Origin: an uncultured Solirubrobacterales bacterium
Lineage (GTDB): Bacteria; Actinomycetota; Thermoleophilia; Solirubrobacterales; 70-9
Assembly: GCA_963704505.1 (NCBI GenBank)
Contig: OY969912.1
Location: 2,294,927 to 2,358,926 of the forward strand
Direction of reading: 5' to 3'
Length of the DNA: 64,000 nt
In this document: positions 20,248 to 33,176 of the stretch, in pieces
Layout: each line of letters starts with the position of its first letter
Numbering within the stretch: the stretch's first letter is position 1
Notes under the pieces: generated by a model
Seen by the model: only the letters and a program-made list of their open reading frames with translations
What the model was told of the DNA's origin: nothing
Databases searched by the model: none
Position numbers and translations under genes: made by a program

Positions 20248-22449
20248 TTAGTCCAGGGTCTGCTCGACCTGTTTCGTCTTGTAGAGCTCGAGCACATCGC
20301 CCTCTTTGACGTCGGCGTATCCGTCGAGGACGATTCCGCACTCCTGGCCCTCCTCGACTTCCTGGACGTTGTCTTTGAACCTGCGGAGAGAACCCAGTTT
20401 GCCGTCCCAGATCACGGTCCCTTCCCGGATCAGGCGGACGCTGGCGTCGCGCTGGACCTTGCCCTCGGTGACGATGCAGCCGGCGATGCGACCGACCTTC
20501 GACGCTTTGAAGGTCTGTTTGATCTCGGCCTCGCCGAGTGTCTCCTCGACCTCGACCGACTCGAGCAGGCCCTCCATCGCGTTGCGGAGGTCTTCGGTGA
20601 TTTTGTAGATGACCGAGTAGGTGCGGACGTCGACGCCCTCGCGGTCGGCGGCCCGGCGGGCGTCGGCAAGCGGGCGCACGTTGAAGCCGATGATGATCGC
20701 GTCGGAGGCCGCCGCCAGCATCACGTCGGACTCGTTGATGCCACCGGTCTGCGAGTGGATGATGTTTATTTCCACTTGCTCCTGAGGCACTTTCGCGATC
20801 TCGTCCTGGAGCGCCTCGAGCGAGCCCGAAACATCGGCCTTGAGGACGATGTTGAGCTCCTTGATGTCGCCCTCCTGGACCCGCGAGAAGACCTCCTCGA
20901 GGCTGACCTTGCGGGCATTGCGTCGAGCCAGGGCCTCAGTCTTCAGGCGGTTCGCGCGCTCCTGAGCGAGCTGGCGCGCGCGACGATCGTTCTCGACCGC
21001 CTGGACGAACTCGCCCGCTTCGGTGACGCCGTCGAAGCCGAGGACCTCGACCGGCATTCCTGGCCCGGCGACCTCGACCCGGTCCCCGATGAAGTCGTGC
21101 ATCGCGCGCACCCGGCCCCACTGCGAGCCGGCGACGAGCGCGTCGCCCACCTTCAGCGTGCCGCGACCGACCAGGATGCTGACGATCGGACCTCGACCCG
21201 GATCGAGCTGGGACTCGATCACGGTGCCGGAGGCCGGCGCGTCGGGGTTGGCGCCGAGCTCCTCGAGCTCGGTGACCAGAAGGATCATGTCGAGCAGGCT
21301 GTCGAGCCCCTCATGCGTCTTCGCCGAGACGTCGACGTAGACGGTTTCGCCACCCCAGTCCTCGGGGGTGAGGCCGTCGGCGGCGAGCTCGTTGCGGACC
21401 CGGTCCGGCTGGGCGCCCTCTTTGTCGATCTTGTTGACGGCGATCAGGATCGGCACATCGGCCGCCCGGGCGTGGTCGATCGCCTCTTTGGTCTGCGGCA
21501 TGACGCCGTCGTCGGCGGCGACCACGACAACGGCGATGTCGGTCACCTTGGCGCCGCGGGCGCGCATCGCGGTGAAGGCAGCGTGGCCCGGGGTATCGAG
21601 GAAGGTGATCGTTTTGTCGGCGTGGTGAACCTGGTAAGCGCCGATGTGCTGCGTAATGCCGCCGGCCTCCCCCGCCGCGACCTCGGTCTCGCGGATCGCG
21701 TCGAGCAAGGAAGTCTTGCCGTGGTCGACGTGGCCCATGATCGTGACCACGGGCGGGCGGTCCTCGAGGCTCTCGTCGGAGTCCTCGAACTCAGGCGCCT
21801 CGGGCTCCTCGTCGGCGGTCGTGACGATTTCGATCTTGCGGTCGTACTCGTCCGCGATCGCCTTCACCGAGTCGTCGGTGAGGGTCTGCGTGAGCGTCGC
21901 CATCTCGCCCATCATCATCAGTTTTTTGATCACCTCGGCGCTGCCTAGGCCGAGCAGCTCGGCGACCTCACGCACGGTCGCACCGGACTGGACCTTGGTC
22001 GCCTCGGGCTCCCCCGGCTCGACTCTGGGCGGCGGCTCCTCGAGTAGCGGGCGGCGGCGGCGGCCGCCTCGGCGACGCGGCGGCCGCTGCGGGGGCGGGC
22101 CGCCCATCTGGTCGCGGCGAGCGGCCTGCGAGTCGATGACCACCCGGCGTTTTTTGGTCGAGCCCCCCGCGGGAGCGGGCGCTTTGGGAGCTTTGGCGGG
22201 TTTTTTGGCCGCGGCTTTCGGCGCCTCGCCTTTGGCTTTCGGTTTCGCCTCCGCTTTCGGCTTCGACTCGGTCGACGTCGCGGCGCCCCCGTTGCCCTTG
22301 GCGGCCGAGATGGCCTTGATTGCGTCCGCCTCCTCGACGCTCGAAGCGGCGGCTTTCGCCTCGACGCCGGCGGCTTTCAACGCAGCGAGCAGCTCTTTGC
22401 TGCTCAGCCCCTGAGCTTTGGCGATCTCATGAACCCTTTTCTTAGCCAC
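20248..22449 (-). CDS. infB: Translation initiation factor IF-2
   Basis: Lys/Ala/Pro-rich N-terminus and a G-domain ([21 protein letters not shown]). GTG start, with a 1-nt overlap onto the nusA stop. Confidence 0.97.
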   Translation of the reverse strand: MAKKRVHEIAKAQGLSSKELLAALKAAGVEAKAAASSVEEADAIKAISAAKGNGGAATSTESKPKAEAKPKAKGEAPKAAAKKPAKAPKAPAPAGGSTKKRRVVIDSQAARRDQMGGPPPQRPPRRRGGRRRRPLLEEPPPRVEPGEPEATKVQSGATVREVAELLGLGSAEVIKKLMMMGEMATLTQTLTDDSVKAIADEYDRKIEIVTTADEEPEAPEFEDSDESLEDRPPVVTIMGHVDHGKTSLLDAIRETEVAAGEAGGITQHIGAYQVHHADKTITFLDTPGHAAFTAMRARGAKVTDIAVVVVAADDGVMPQTKEAIDHARAADVPILIAVNKIDKEGAQPDRVRNELAADGLTPEDWGGETVYVDVSAKTHEGLDSLLDMILLVTELEELGANPDAPASGTVIESQLDPGRGPIVSILVGRGTLKVGDALVAGSQWGRVRAMHDFIGDRVEVAGPGMPVEVLGFDGVTEAGEFVQAVENDRRARQLAQERANRLKTEALARRNARKVSLEEVFSRVQEGDIKELNIVLKADVSGSLEALQDEIAKVPQEQVEINIIHSQTGGINESDVMLAAASDAIIIGFNVRPLADARRAADREGVDVRTYSVIYKITEDLRNAMEGLLESVEVEETLGEAEIKQTFKASKVGRIAGCIVTEGKVQRDASVRLIREGTVIWDGKLGSLRRFKDNVQEVEEGQECGIVLDGYADVKEGDVLELYKTKQVEQTLD

Positions 22450-24263
22450 TAAGCCTGCTCAGCCTCCTCGATGACATCCGAGGACTGCTCAGCTTCGCTT
22501 CCGCTGTCCTCGGCAGATGCGCCATCGCCCTGGCCACCTTGGTCGGCCTGGTCCGCGACTTCGTCGCTCGTATCAGCGACCCCGTCCTCGGCCACATTGT
22601 CCTGCTCAGTCGCCGCATCCTCGGCGAGAGCCTCAACGGCATCGTCCTGATCCTGCTCAGACTCCGTATTGACCTCGGAGGCCTCCCCCTCAGGAGCCTC
22701 GACATCGGTCGCCTCGTCCGCGGGTGGTGTCGAGGAGGGGACGTCGCCCGCAGCTTGCGAGGACGACGTGTCCTCCTCTGCGACAGGACCCGCGGGCTCG
22801 GCATCTGAGCCCTCGCCGTCCTGACCATCGGCCTCCGGGTCGACGGCGTCGACTTCCTCGACCGTGTCCTCCTCGGCCTCCTCGGCCGGCTCGACGAACT
22901 CGGCATCGGCGCGGGCGACCAGCTCGCTGACCTGGCCCTCGTCGCCCTGCGGGTCGGCGAGGATCGCCACCTCGGCCTCCGAGAGCGGCGAGAGGACCGC
23001 GATCTGGTTCGTGTCGAAACGGCTCAGGGCCTGGTGGGTCGGCAGACCGCAGTAGACCGATTCGGCAATCGCCGCGTTCGGGCAACGGCGGCCATTGGAG
23101 AGCACCGCGAAACAGCGGCCATCGGACTGGTCCTCGCCCTCGTACTCGACGTCCTGGTCCTCCTCCGCGAACTCGCTCTCGGACTTGATGTCGACACGCC
23201 AGCCGGTCAGGCGGGCGGCGAGGCGGGCGTTCTGGCCGTCACGGCCGATTGCCAGCGAGAGCTGGTCGTCGGGGACGATCACGGTCGCCTGCCGCTCCTC
23301 GTCGTCGACGATCACCTCGCGGACGCGGGCCGGCGAAAGCGCCTTGGCGACGAAGCGGGCGGGCTCGTCGTTATGGGGAATGATGTCGATCTTCTCGCCG
23401 CGCAGCTCGGAGACGACCATCCGCACCCGGGAACCGCGCGGGCCGACGCAGGCGCCGACCGGGTCGACGCCATCGGCGTGCGAGATCACGGCGATCTTCG
23501 AGCGGTAGCCCGGCTCACGTGCGACGCCGACGATCTCGACGAGTTTGTCGGCGATCTCCGGGACCTCCATTTCGAAGAGCTTTTTGATCAGCTCGGGACT
23601 GCGGCGCGAGACGACGATCGCCGGGCCTTTGGTCGAGTCGGAGACGTCGGTGATGACCGCCTTGACCCGCATCCCGTGGTCGTATCGCTCGTTGTAGACC
23701 TGCTCGGACTTGGGCAGCAGCGCCTCGACCCGCTCGCGCAACTGGACGAGCGTGTAGCGCTTGTCGGACTGCTGGATGATCCCCGTGATCAGCTCGTTGA
23801 CGCGGTCCTGGTACTCGTCGAACATCATCATCCGTTCGGCCTCGCGGATCCGCTGGAGGATCACCTGCTTCGCGGTCTGCGCGGCGATCCGGCCGAAGTC
23901 TTCGGGGGTGACGTCGTTGGTGCTGATCTGATCCTCGTAGGGGGCGATCATCTCCGGGTCGAGCTCCGGATCCTCGGGCTCTTTGAGCTCACCGGTCTCG
24001 GGGTCGACTTCGCGCTCTTCGTCCTCCTGGGCCTCGGCAGCTTCGGCGAGGAGTTTCTCCTCGAGCTCGGGCGGCAGGATCAGTTCGAAGACGCGGAAGT
24101 CCCCGGTCTCGTGGTCGAGGTCGACCCGCGCGTATTTGGCAGCGCCGGGGGTCTTCTTGTAGGCGGAGAGAAGCGCGTCGGCAAGCGCGTCCATCAGTTT
24201 GTCGGCGGAGATCCCCTTCTCCTGCTCGAGCGCCTTGACTGCGTCGACGATCTCTTTGCTCAC
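22449..24263 (-). CDS. nusA: Transcription termination/antitermination factor NusA with a long atypical C-terminal extension
   Basis: N-terminal domain ([35 protein letters not shown]), an S1 domain and two KH domains ([29 protein letters not shown]). The GTG start at 24261-24263 overlaps the rimP stop (GTGA). The 108-aa ORF-track extension is rejected. Confidence 0.93.
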   Translation of the reverse strand: MSKEIVDAVKALEQEKGISADKLMDALADALLSAYKKTPGAAKYARVDLDHETGDFRVFELILPPELEEKLLAEAAEAQEDEEREVDPETGELKEPEDPELDPEMIAPYEDQISTNDVTPEDFGRIAAQTAKQVILQRIREAERMMMFDEYQDRVNELITGIIQQSDKRYTLVQLRERVEALLPKSEQVYNERYDHGMRVKAVITDVSDSTKGPAIVVSRRSPELIKKLFEMEVPEIADKLVEIVGVAREPGYRSKIAVISHADGVDPVGACVGPRGSRVRMVVSELRGEKIDIIPHNDEPARFVAKALSPARVREVIVDDEERQATVIVPDDQLSLAIGRDGQNARLAARLTGWRVDIKSESEFAEEDQDVEYEGEDQSDGRCFAVLSNGRRCPNAAIAESVYCGLPTHQALSRFDTNQIAVLSPLSEAEVAILADPQGDEGQVSELVARADAEFVEPAEEAEEDTVEEVDAVDPEADGQDGEGSDAEPAGPVAEEDTSSSQAAGDVPSSTPPADEATDVEAPEGEASEVNTESEQDQDDAVEALAEDAATEQDNVAEDGVADTSDEVADQADQGGQGDGASAEDSGSEAEQSSDVIEEAEQA

Positions 24264-24520
24264 GGCGTCTCCTTGACATCGGTTGCTGGACTGGGGCGGC
24301 TGTACTTCGGGCCCGGCGAGGAGACCTCGAGCGTGTAGTCGGCAAGCAGGTGGTTCAGGTGCAGTGTGACCCGTTCGCAGAGGGCCAGGTCGACGCCTCC
24401 GGGGTGGTCGATGAAGATCCGCAACGCTTCGTTGCCGGGCTGCTCCAGCGCGACGAGATCGAGCGTCGAGTCGAGCTCGCTCAGTTGCGTCTGAATGTCT
24501 TGCTTGAGGTCTGTATTCAT
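24260..24520 (-). CDS. rimP: Ribosome maturation factor RimP, N-terminal domain only (86 aa)
   Basis: [37 protein letters not shown] matches the RimP N-domain. The ORF ends 14 aa after the SSPG motif, where nusA starts. Confidence 0.75.
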   Translation of the reverse strand: MNTDLKQDIQTQLSELDSTLDLVALEQPGNEALRIFIDHPGGVDLALCERVTLHLNHLLADYTLEVSSPGPKYSRPSPATDVKETP

Positions 24521-24530
24521 GGTTTCGGGC

Positions 24531-24556
24531 GAAAAAAAAGTGGGCCAGGCCCACTT
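24531..24556 (-). terminator. Strong intrinsic terminator between coaBC and rimP
   Basis: The minus strand reads AAGUGGGC-CUG-GCCCACUU followed by U-run (8 T). The stem is 8 bp. The T-run ends 11 nt before the rimP ATG. Confidence 0.7.
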
Positions 24557-24605
24557 CTCGAACTACATCGGGAAAAAATCGGGACAAAAAAAGCTTGAGG
24601 CCAGT

Positions 24606-25856
24606 CTAACGCCTCGACGCGCCTGACCTGGCGCGAATCAGATCGACTCGATCGAGGATCGCTTCGGCGATCTCATCCTTGGGCGCCTTTGCGACCTCGG
24701 TCTCCGCCTCGGGCTCGATGAGAGTCACGGCGTTCTGCTCGCTCTCGAAGCCGATCGTCGGGTCGGATACGTCGTTGAGCACGATCATGTCGGCGCCCTT
24801 GCGCTCGAGCTTGCCGCGTGCCCGCTCGATGCCCCCGGAGCCATGCTCGGCAGCGAAACCGATGACGGTCTGAGACTGCCGGCGATCCTCGGCGCACAAC
24901 CCGGCGAGTATGTCCTCGGTCGGCTCCAGTCGCAGCTCGAGCGCCCCCTCCCGGGCGATCTTGCCGGTTGCGACCTCGACGGCGCGGAAGTCCGCCGGCG
25001 CGGCAGCCATCAGGAGGACCTGGCTGTCGGCGAACTCGGCGCGGGTCGCGCCGGCCAGCTCGGCCGCGGTCTCGACGTCGATCCGCATCACCCCGGCGGG
25101 CTCCGTAAGCGAGACGTTGGCGGCGACGAGCGTGACCTGGGCGCCACGGCGAGCCGCGGCGGCGGCCAGGGCGAAGCCCATCCGCCCGCTGGAGCGATTG
25201 CCGAGGAAGCGGACCGGGTCGAGCGGCTCGCGGGTGCCGCCGGCGGTGACGAGGACCTTGAGCCCATCCCAGGGGCGGGCGCCGGTCGGCAGCTGTGCTT
25301 CGACCAGGGCGAGCAGGCGGGCGGGATCGGGAAGGCGGCCCCGCCCGCGCTCTCCGCGGGAGGCGAGGCGCCCCTCATCCGGCTCGATCAGCGCGATGCC
25401 GCGCTCGCGCAGGACGGCGATGTTCGCCTGCGTCGCCGCGTCGGCGTACATGCGGTCGTTCATCGCCGGTGCGACGAGCCTCGGCGCGGCGCAGGCGAGG
25501 AAGGAGGTGGTCAGCATCGAGTCCGCCGAGCCCGAGGCGAGCTTGGCGAGCGTGTTGGCGGAGGCCGGGGCGACGAGGTAGGCGTCGCAGTTGGCGGCCA
25601 ACTCGAGGTGCCCGATCGGGTCGTGCTCGGGGCGCGGGTCACCGGGGAAGGCGCCGCGCAGCGGATCGCGATCGAACTCGGAGGTCAGCACCGGGGCGCC
25701 GACGATGCCCTCGAAGGAGGCGGCGCCGACGAAGCGGGTGGCGCTCTCGGTCATCAGCACACGGACACCGTGTCCGGCGACCGTGGCCAGGCGCGCGAAC
25801 TCGAGCGCCTTGTAGGCAGCTATCCCACCACTGACGCCAAGCAGGATTCTGGCCAT
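24606..25856 (-). CDS. coaBC: Bifunctional phosphopantothenoylcysteine decarboxylase / phosphopantothenate-cysteine ligase
   Basis: N-terminal flavoprotein domain (ILLGVSGGIAAYKALEF) plus a CoaB domain (VTAGGTREPLDPVRFLGNRSSGRMG). True ATG at 25854-25856. Confidence 0.93.
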   Translation of the reverse strand: MARILLGVSGGIAAYKALEFARLATVAGHGVRVLMTESATRFVGAASFEGIVGAPVLTSEFDRDPLRGAFPGDPRPEHDPIGHLELAANCDAYLVAPASANTLAKLASGSADSMLTTSFLACAAPRLVAPAMNDRMYADAATQANIAVLRERGIALIEPDEGRLASRGERGRGRLPDPARLLALVEAQLPTGARPWDGLKVLVTAGGTREPLDPVRFLGNRSSGRMGFALAAAAARRGAQVTLVAANVSLTEPAGVMRIDVETAAELAGATRAEFADSQVLLMAAAPADFRAVEVATGKIAREGALELRLEPTEDILAGLCAEDRRQSQTVIGFAAEHGSGGIERARGKLERKGADMIVLNDVSDPTIGFESEQNAVTLIEPEAETEVAKAPKDEIAEAILDRVDLIRARSGASRR

Positions 25857-25893
25857 CGTTTCCTCCGGGAAGGCGGGCCCGTGCCCGCGCCGG

Positions 25894-26127
25894 CTAGGAG
25901 CGGTACTCGTATTTGAGCTTGCCCTGGGCAAGCTCTTCGAGCGCCACGGAGAGGTAATTCCTCTCGTTGCCGGTCTCGACCATCGGCGGCGGGTACTCAC
26001 CAAAGCTGCCCTCGCCGAGGTTGTGGAAGTAGCTGTTTATCTGTCGCGCCCGCTTGGCCGATACGACGACGGCCGCATAGTGCGAGTCGGCATGGTCAAG
26101 GAGCTTGTCAACGCGTGGTTTGATCAT
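25894..26127 (-). CDS. rpoZ: DNA-directed RNA polymerase subunit omega
   Basis: 77 aa; HYAAVVVSAKRARQI and LSVALEELAQGKL are RpoZ-like. Sits between gmk and coaBC, as in other Actinobacteria. Confidence 0.9.
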   Translation of the reverse strand: MIKPRVDKLLDHADSHYAAVVVSAKRARQINSYFHNLGEGSFGEYPPPMVETGNERNYLSVALEELAQGKLKYEYRS

Positions 26128-26701
26128 CGGCCGGGGAGTCTAGAGGTATGGCGAGCTCGGCGCGCACGATCTGCTCCAGCTCGTCGGCCGCGCCCTCGAG
26201 ATCGTCGTTGACGACGCGGTGGTCGAAGTCCCCCTGAACGGCGAGCTCCTGTTCGGCGGTTTCGAGCCGGGAGTCGATCGCCTCGGCGGAGTCCGTCCCC
26301 CGGCCCTCGAGCCGTCGACGCAGCTGGGTCGGGTCGGGCGGCGCGATGAAGATCTGGACCGACTCCGGCATCGCGGCGCGAACCTGCTGCGCGCCCTGCA
26401 CCTCGATCTCGAGGACGACGGAGAGCCCTCGCTCGACGCAGCGCTCGACCTCCGAGCGCAACGTGCCGTAGCGGTTGCCGCTGTAGGTAGCGAACTCGAG
26501 AAAGTCGTCGGCGTCCATCCGAGCTTCGAATTGCGCCGGCGTGAGGAAGTGGTACTCGCGGCCGTCCTCCTCCCCCTCGCGCGGCTCTCGAGTCGTCGCC
26601 GAAACCGACAGGGTCAGGTTGGGAACCCGGTGCAGGAGCTCCTTGATGAGCGTCCCCTTTCCGACTCCCGAGGGGCCAGTAATCACGAAGACTTTCGACA
26701 T
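26108..26701 (-). CDS. gmk: Guanylate kinase
   Basis: P-loop GPSGVGKGT, then TTREPREGEEDGREYHF. The start is taken at MSKVFVITG (the ORF track gives 26713). Confidence 0.92.
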   Translation of the reverse strand: MSKVFVITGPSGVGKGTLIKELLHRVPNLTLSVSATTREPREGEEDGREYHFLTPAQFEARMDADDFLEFATYSGNRYGTLRSEVERCVERGLSVVLEIEVQGAQQVRAAMPESVQIFIAPPDPTQLRRRLEGRGTDSAEAIDSRLETAEQELAVQGDFDHRVVNDDLEGAADELEQIVRAELAIPLDSPADDQTTR

Positions 26702-26818
26702 TTTCAGGTTCACGAACGGCTGCGAAAACCAAGCAGATCGCCCGGACGCAGGGAGCGAAGCGTGCTCTGCACGTGAGCGACTGAGGACGACGATATGCGC
26801 CGGTTTGCAGCAGCCGCG

Positions 26819-27151
26819 CTAACGGCGCAGCAAACTGACTAGCTCAGTTCGCTGCCGCTCCGACAACCCGCCGATCGTCTTCGAGGGCGAGATCCGGCAC
26901 TGATTGAGGATGCGGTTAGCCTTCACCCGGCCGTACTTGGGAACCGCGAGCAGCATGTCGAAGACCTTGGCCGTCATCACGTAGTCGGGGGGGTCGAGAA
27001 GCAGCGAGTGGATGCTCGCCTTGCTCGCTTTGAGGTCCTTCTTGAGCTTGGCGCGGGCGGTACGAATGTCGTTCGCGCGCTTGAGAGCGTCCATCCTCTG
27101 GTCCAGCGACCTCTCGGGGGCCGCGGCGGAGGTCTTGACAGGGGCGCTCAT
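26819..27151 (-). CDS. mihF: Integration host factor, actinobacterial type (mIHF)
   Basis: RMDALKRANDIRTARAKLKKDLK...VKANRILNQCRISPSKTIGGLSERQRTEL matches mIHF. Conserved position upstream of gmk. Confidence 0.88.
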   Translation of the reverse strand: MSAPVKTSAAAPERSLDQRMDALKRANDIRTARAKLKKDLKASKASIHSLLLDPPDYVMTAKVFDMLLAVPKYGRVKANRILNQCRISPSKTIGGLSERQRTELVSLLRR

Positions 27152-27160
27152 TGGGCGGCG

Positions 27161-27188
27161 AGTATAGCCGCGGCCTGGTCAGGTGCAA
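27161..27188 (-). promoter_or_regulatory. Candidate sigma-70-type promoter for mihF, giving a near-leaderless transcript
   Basis: The minus strand reads TTGCAC-16 nt-TATACT. The -10 element ends 9 nt before the mihF ATG, and there is no Shine-Dalgarno. Confidence 0.35.
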
Positions 27189-27254
27189 GGCCATTTTCCC
27201 GAATTCCCGTGAAATTCACCTAGACCTCGAGTCGAGGTCGAGTATCGGATCGAA

Positions 27255-28124
27255 CTAGGTCCTCGGCGCCGCCGACTCGGCGAGCTCTTCGGCCACCCGA
27301 CGACCGGCGAGCGGGTCGCGGAAGCTCTCGGTACCGACCGCCACGGCGACCGCCCCCGCGTCGAGGAATTCGCGCGCCGAGGGCCCGTCGCACACCCCTC
27401 CCATGCCGACGATCGGCAGCCGGGTGGCCGCGGCGACGGAACGCACCTGGGCGATCGCCACGGGACGCACCGCGGGGCCCGAGAGACCGCCATGGCCGGC
27501 GGCGATCCCGGGCCCGCCGGTCCGCGGATCGATCGCGCCGGCCTTCAGCGTGTTGATCAGCGAGACCGCATCGGCGCCGCCGGCCTGGGCGGCCACCGCG
27601 ACCGCGGCGGGGTCGGCCACGTTGGGCGTCAGCTTCACGATCAGCGGCTTGTCGGTCAGTGGGCGGATGGCTTCCAGCAGCGATGCCGTCTCCGCCGGCT
27701 GCTCGCCGACGATCAGGCCGGAGTGGACGTTGGGGCAGGAGACGTTGAGCTCGATCCCGGCGACCTCGGCGCGGCCCCCGACCCCCTCGAGCAGCGCCGT
27801 GAACTCCTCATGGCTGGTGCCCATCACCGAGACGATCAGCGGCACCGGAAGCTCGGCGAGCTGCGGCAGGTCGTGCTCGACGAACCCGGCCAGTCCCTTG
27901 TTCGGGAGGCCGATCGAGTTGATCATCCCGCCGGGGGTCTCCCAGATCCGCCGCGGCTCGTTGCCGACCCGCGGCTCGGGGGTGATCGTCTTCGAGACGA
28001 AGGCGGCGAAGGGGAAGCTCTCGAGCAGGGCGTCGCCGTAGACGCGCCGCGCCGCGATCGCGTCGAAGGTCCCCGAGGCATTGAGCACCGGATGGGCGAG
28101 CTCGATCCCGCAGAGGTCAGGCAT
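27255..28124 (-). CDS. pyrD: Dihydroorotate dehydrogenase, catalytic subunit (class 1B)
   Basis: N-terminus LAHPVLNASGTF, active-site region NVSCPN and C-terminal GMGGV. Follows pyrK with an 8-nt overlap. Confidence 0.92.
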   Translation of the reverse strand: MPDLCGIELAHPVLNASGTFDAIAARRVYGDALLESFPFAAFVSKTITPEPRVGNEPRRIWETPGGMINSIGLPNKGLAGFVEHDLPQLAELPVPLIVSVMGTSHEEFTALLEGVGGRAEVAGIELNVSCPNVHSGLIVGEQPAETASLLEAIRPLTDKPLIVKLTPNVADPAAVAVAAQAGGADAVSLINTLKAGAIDPRTGGPGIAAGHGGLSGPAVRPVAIAQVRSVAAATRLPIVGMGGVCDGPSAREFLDAGAVAVAVGTESFRDPLAGRRVAEELAESAAPRT

Positions 28125-28940
28125 CGGTGACCGCCGCTATCCGCTCGCCGGCGACGACCGGGCCGTCGACGCAGAGGCGCATGTAGCCGCCCTCGACGAG
28201 GGGGACCGCGCAGCCGAAGCAGGCGCCGAACCCGCAGGCCATCGGCGACTCGAGCGCCAGCTCGCAGGCGGCGCCGCGCGCCGCGCACATCGCCCGGACC
28301 GCCTCGAGCATCGCCGGCGGGCCGCAGGCGTAGACGGCGGCGCTGGCCGCGTCGTCGCCCTCGAGCATCGCCGCCAGCAGGTCGGTGACGTAGCCGCGCT
28401 CGCCGCGGTGGCCGTCGTCGGATGCGAGCCCGATCTGACAATTGGAGAAGAGGTCGTCGAGGCCGCCGCTGTGCTCGGCGTCGCGGAAGCCGAGCAGGAT
28501 CTGGGCAGGGGTCCCCCGCTCGGAGAAGCGCCGCCGAAGGAGGGCCAGTGGGGCGATGCCGATCCCGCCGCCGACCAGAATCGCCCCGGCGGCTCCCGGC
28601 GCGAGCTCCTTCGGTTCGGAGAAGGAGTTGCCGAGCGGCCCGTTGACCCAGACCCCCTCCCCCTCCTCGAGCAGACAGAGCCGCTCGGTCCCCGGGCCGA
28701 CGCCGTCGATCAGGAAGTCGAGGCGGACGCCGCCGCTTTCGGGCCCGGCGTCGGCGACCGAGAGCGCACGGGGCAGGTACGGGCGTCCTCCCCCCTCCCC
28801 CCAGCCGCGCTCGGTGGCGAGCATGTAGAACTGCCCGGCCTGAGGGGTCGGGCCCTCCTCGTCGAGCAGCGAGAAGACGCGATAGCCGCCCGAGGCCCTG
28901 TTTGCGCTCACCGAGAGCAGCCGCCGGCCCAGCGGAGCGC

Positions 28941-28944
<4 letters not shown>
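28117..28944 (-). CDS. pyrK: Dihydroorotate dehydrogenase electron-transfer subunit (FAD/[2Fe-2S])
   Basis: FNR-like fold with a C-terminal Cys cluster [11 protein letters not shown]...LCVDGP. ATGA overlap with carB. Confidence 0.9.
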
Positions 28945-32051
<3,107 letters not shown>

Positions 32052-32054
32052 CGC

Positions 32055-33176
32055 TCACGCCGCCATTCCCAGGAAGGAGTCGAAGAGGTGGCGGGCATCG
32101 TGCGGGCCGGGGCCGGCCTCGGGGTGGTACTGCACGGTCGCCGCGGGAACGTCGCGCAGGGCGAGCCCCTCGACCGTGCGGTCGTAGAGGTTGAGGTGGG
32201 TCAGCTCGGCGACCCCGAAGTCGGTCTCCCAGCGCACCGGCTCGTCGGACTCGATCCGCGGCTCGCCGCCCGGCCCCTCGACCGCGAAGCCGTGGTTCTG
32301 CGAGGTGATGTCGATGCGGCCGCTCGCCAGATCCTTGACCGGGTGGTTGGCGCCGCGGTGGCCGAAGGGCAGCTTGAAGGTCTCGAGGCCGACCGCGCGA
32401 CAGAGCAGCTGGTGGCCGAGGCAGATCCCGAACACCGGCCGCTTGCCGATCAGCTCGCGCACCGTGTCGACGACGTAGCCGAGCGCCGCCGGGTCGCCAG
32501 GGCCGTTGGCGAGGAAGACGAGGTCCGGGTCCTCGGCGAGCACCGCCTCGGCCGAGGTCGAGCAGGGCAGCAGGGTCACGCGGCAGTCGCGCTCGCGCAG
32601 CTGCCTGACGATGTTCATCTTCACGCCGGTGTCGACGCCGACCACGTGCGGGCCGGCTCCCTCGAAGCGCACGGGCTCGGGCGGCGTCACCTCGCGGGCC
32701 AGGTCGGCGCCCTCCATCGAGGGCTCCGCCGCCACCTGCGCGCGGGCCTCGGACTCGGACATCTCAGCCGGAAAGATCCCGCCCCGCATCGCCCCGCGGT
32801 CGCGGATGTGGCGGACCAGGGCACGGGTGTCGACCCCGTCGACCCCCGGGACGCCGGAGTCGGCCAGCCAGTCGAGCCAGCCGCCCTCGGCAGTGAAAGA
32901 GTCCTCGCTGTTGCGGGCGTCGCGCATGACCACGCCGCGGGCGTTGGCGCGCTCGGACTCCATGGCCGCTGCCGAGACTCCGTAGTTGCCGATCAGCGGA
33001 TAGGTGAAGACGATGATCTGACCGGCGTAGGAGGGGTCGGTCACCGACTCTTGGTAGCCGGTCATCGCGGTGTTGAAGACGACCTCGCCGGTTACCGCGC
33101 GCTCGTCGCCGCAGAGCCGCGCCCCGTCGAAACGGGCGCCGTCCTCGAGCAGGACGTAGGCGCCGGCGCCGCTCAC
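32055..33176 (-). CDS. carA: Carbamoyl-phosphate synthase small (glutaminase) subunit
   Basis: N-domain (FNTAMTGYQESVTDPSYAGQI) and GATase triad region (GICLGHQ). The GTG at 33174-33176 overlaps the pyrC stop (GTGA). Confidence 0.95.
   Translation of the reverse strand: MSGAGAYVLLEDGARFDGARLCGDERAVTGEVVFNTAMTGYQESVTDPSYAGQIIVFTYPLIGNYGVSAAAMESERANARGVVMRDARNSEDSFTAEGGWLDWLADSGVPGVDGVDTRALVRHIRDRGAMRGGIFPAEMSESEARAQVAAEPSMEGADLAREVTPPEPVRFEGAGPHVVGVDTGVKMNIVRQLRERDCRVTLLPCSTSAEAVLAEDPDLVFLANGPGDPAALGYVVDTVRELIGKRPVFGICLGHQLLCRAVGLETFKLPFGHRGANHPVKDLASGRIDITSQNHGFAVEGPGGEPRIESDEPVRWETDFGVAELTHLNLYDRTVEGLALRDVPAATVQYHPEAGPGPHDARHLFDSFLGMAA

Noticed and set aside
27224-27240. Palindrome GACCTCGAGTCGAGGTC after pyrD, considered as an operon terminator
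   Set aside because: The central loop would be only 1-3 nt, and no U-tract follows on the minus strand. It contains an XhoI-like palindrome and may be fortuitous.
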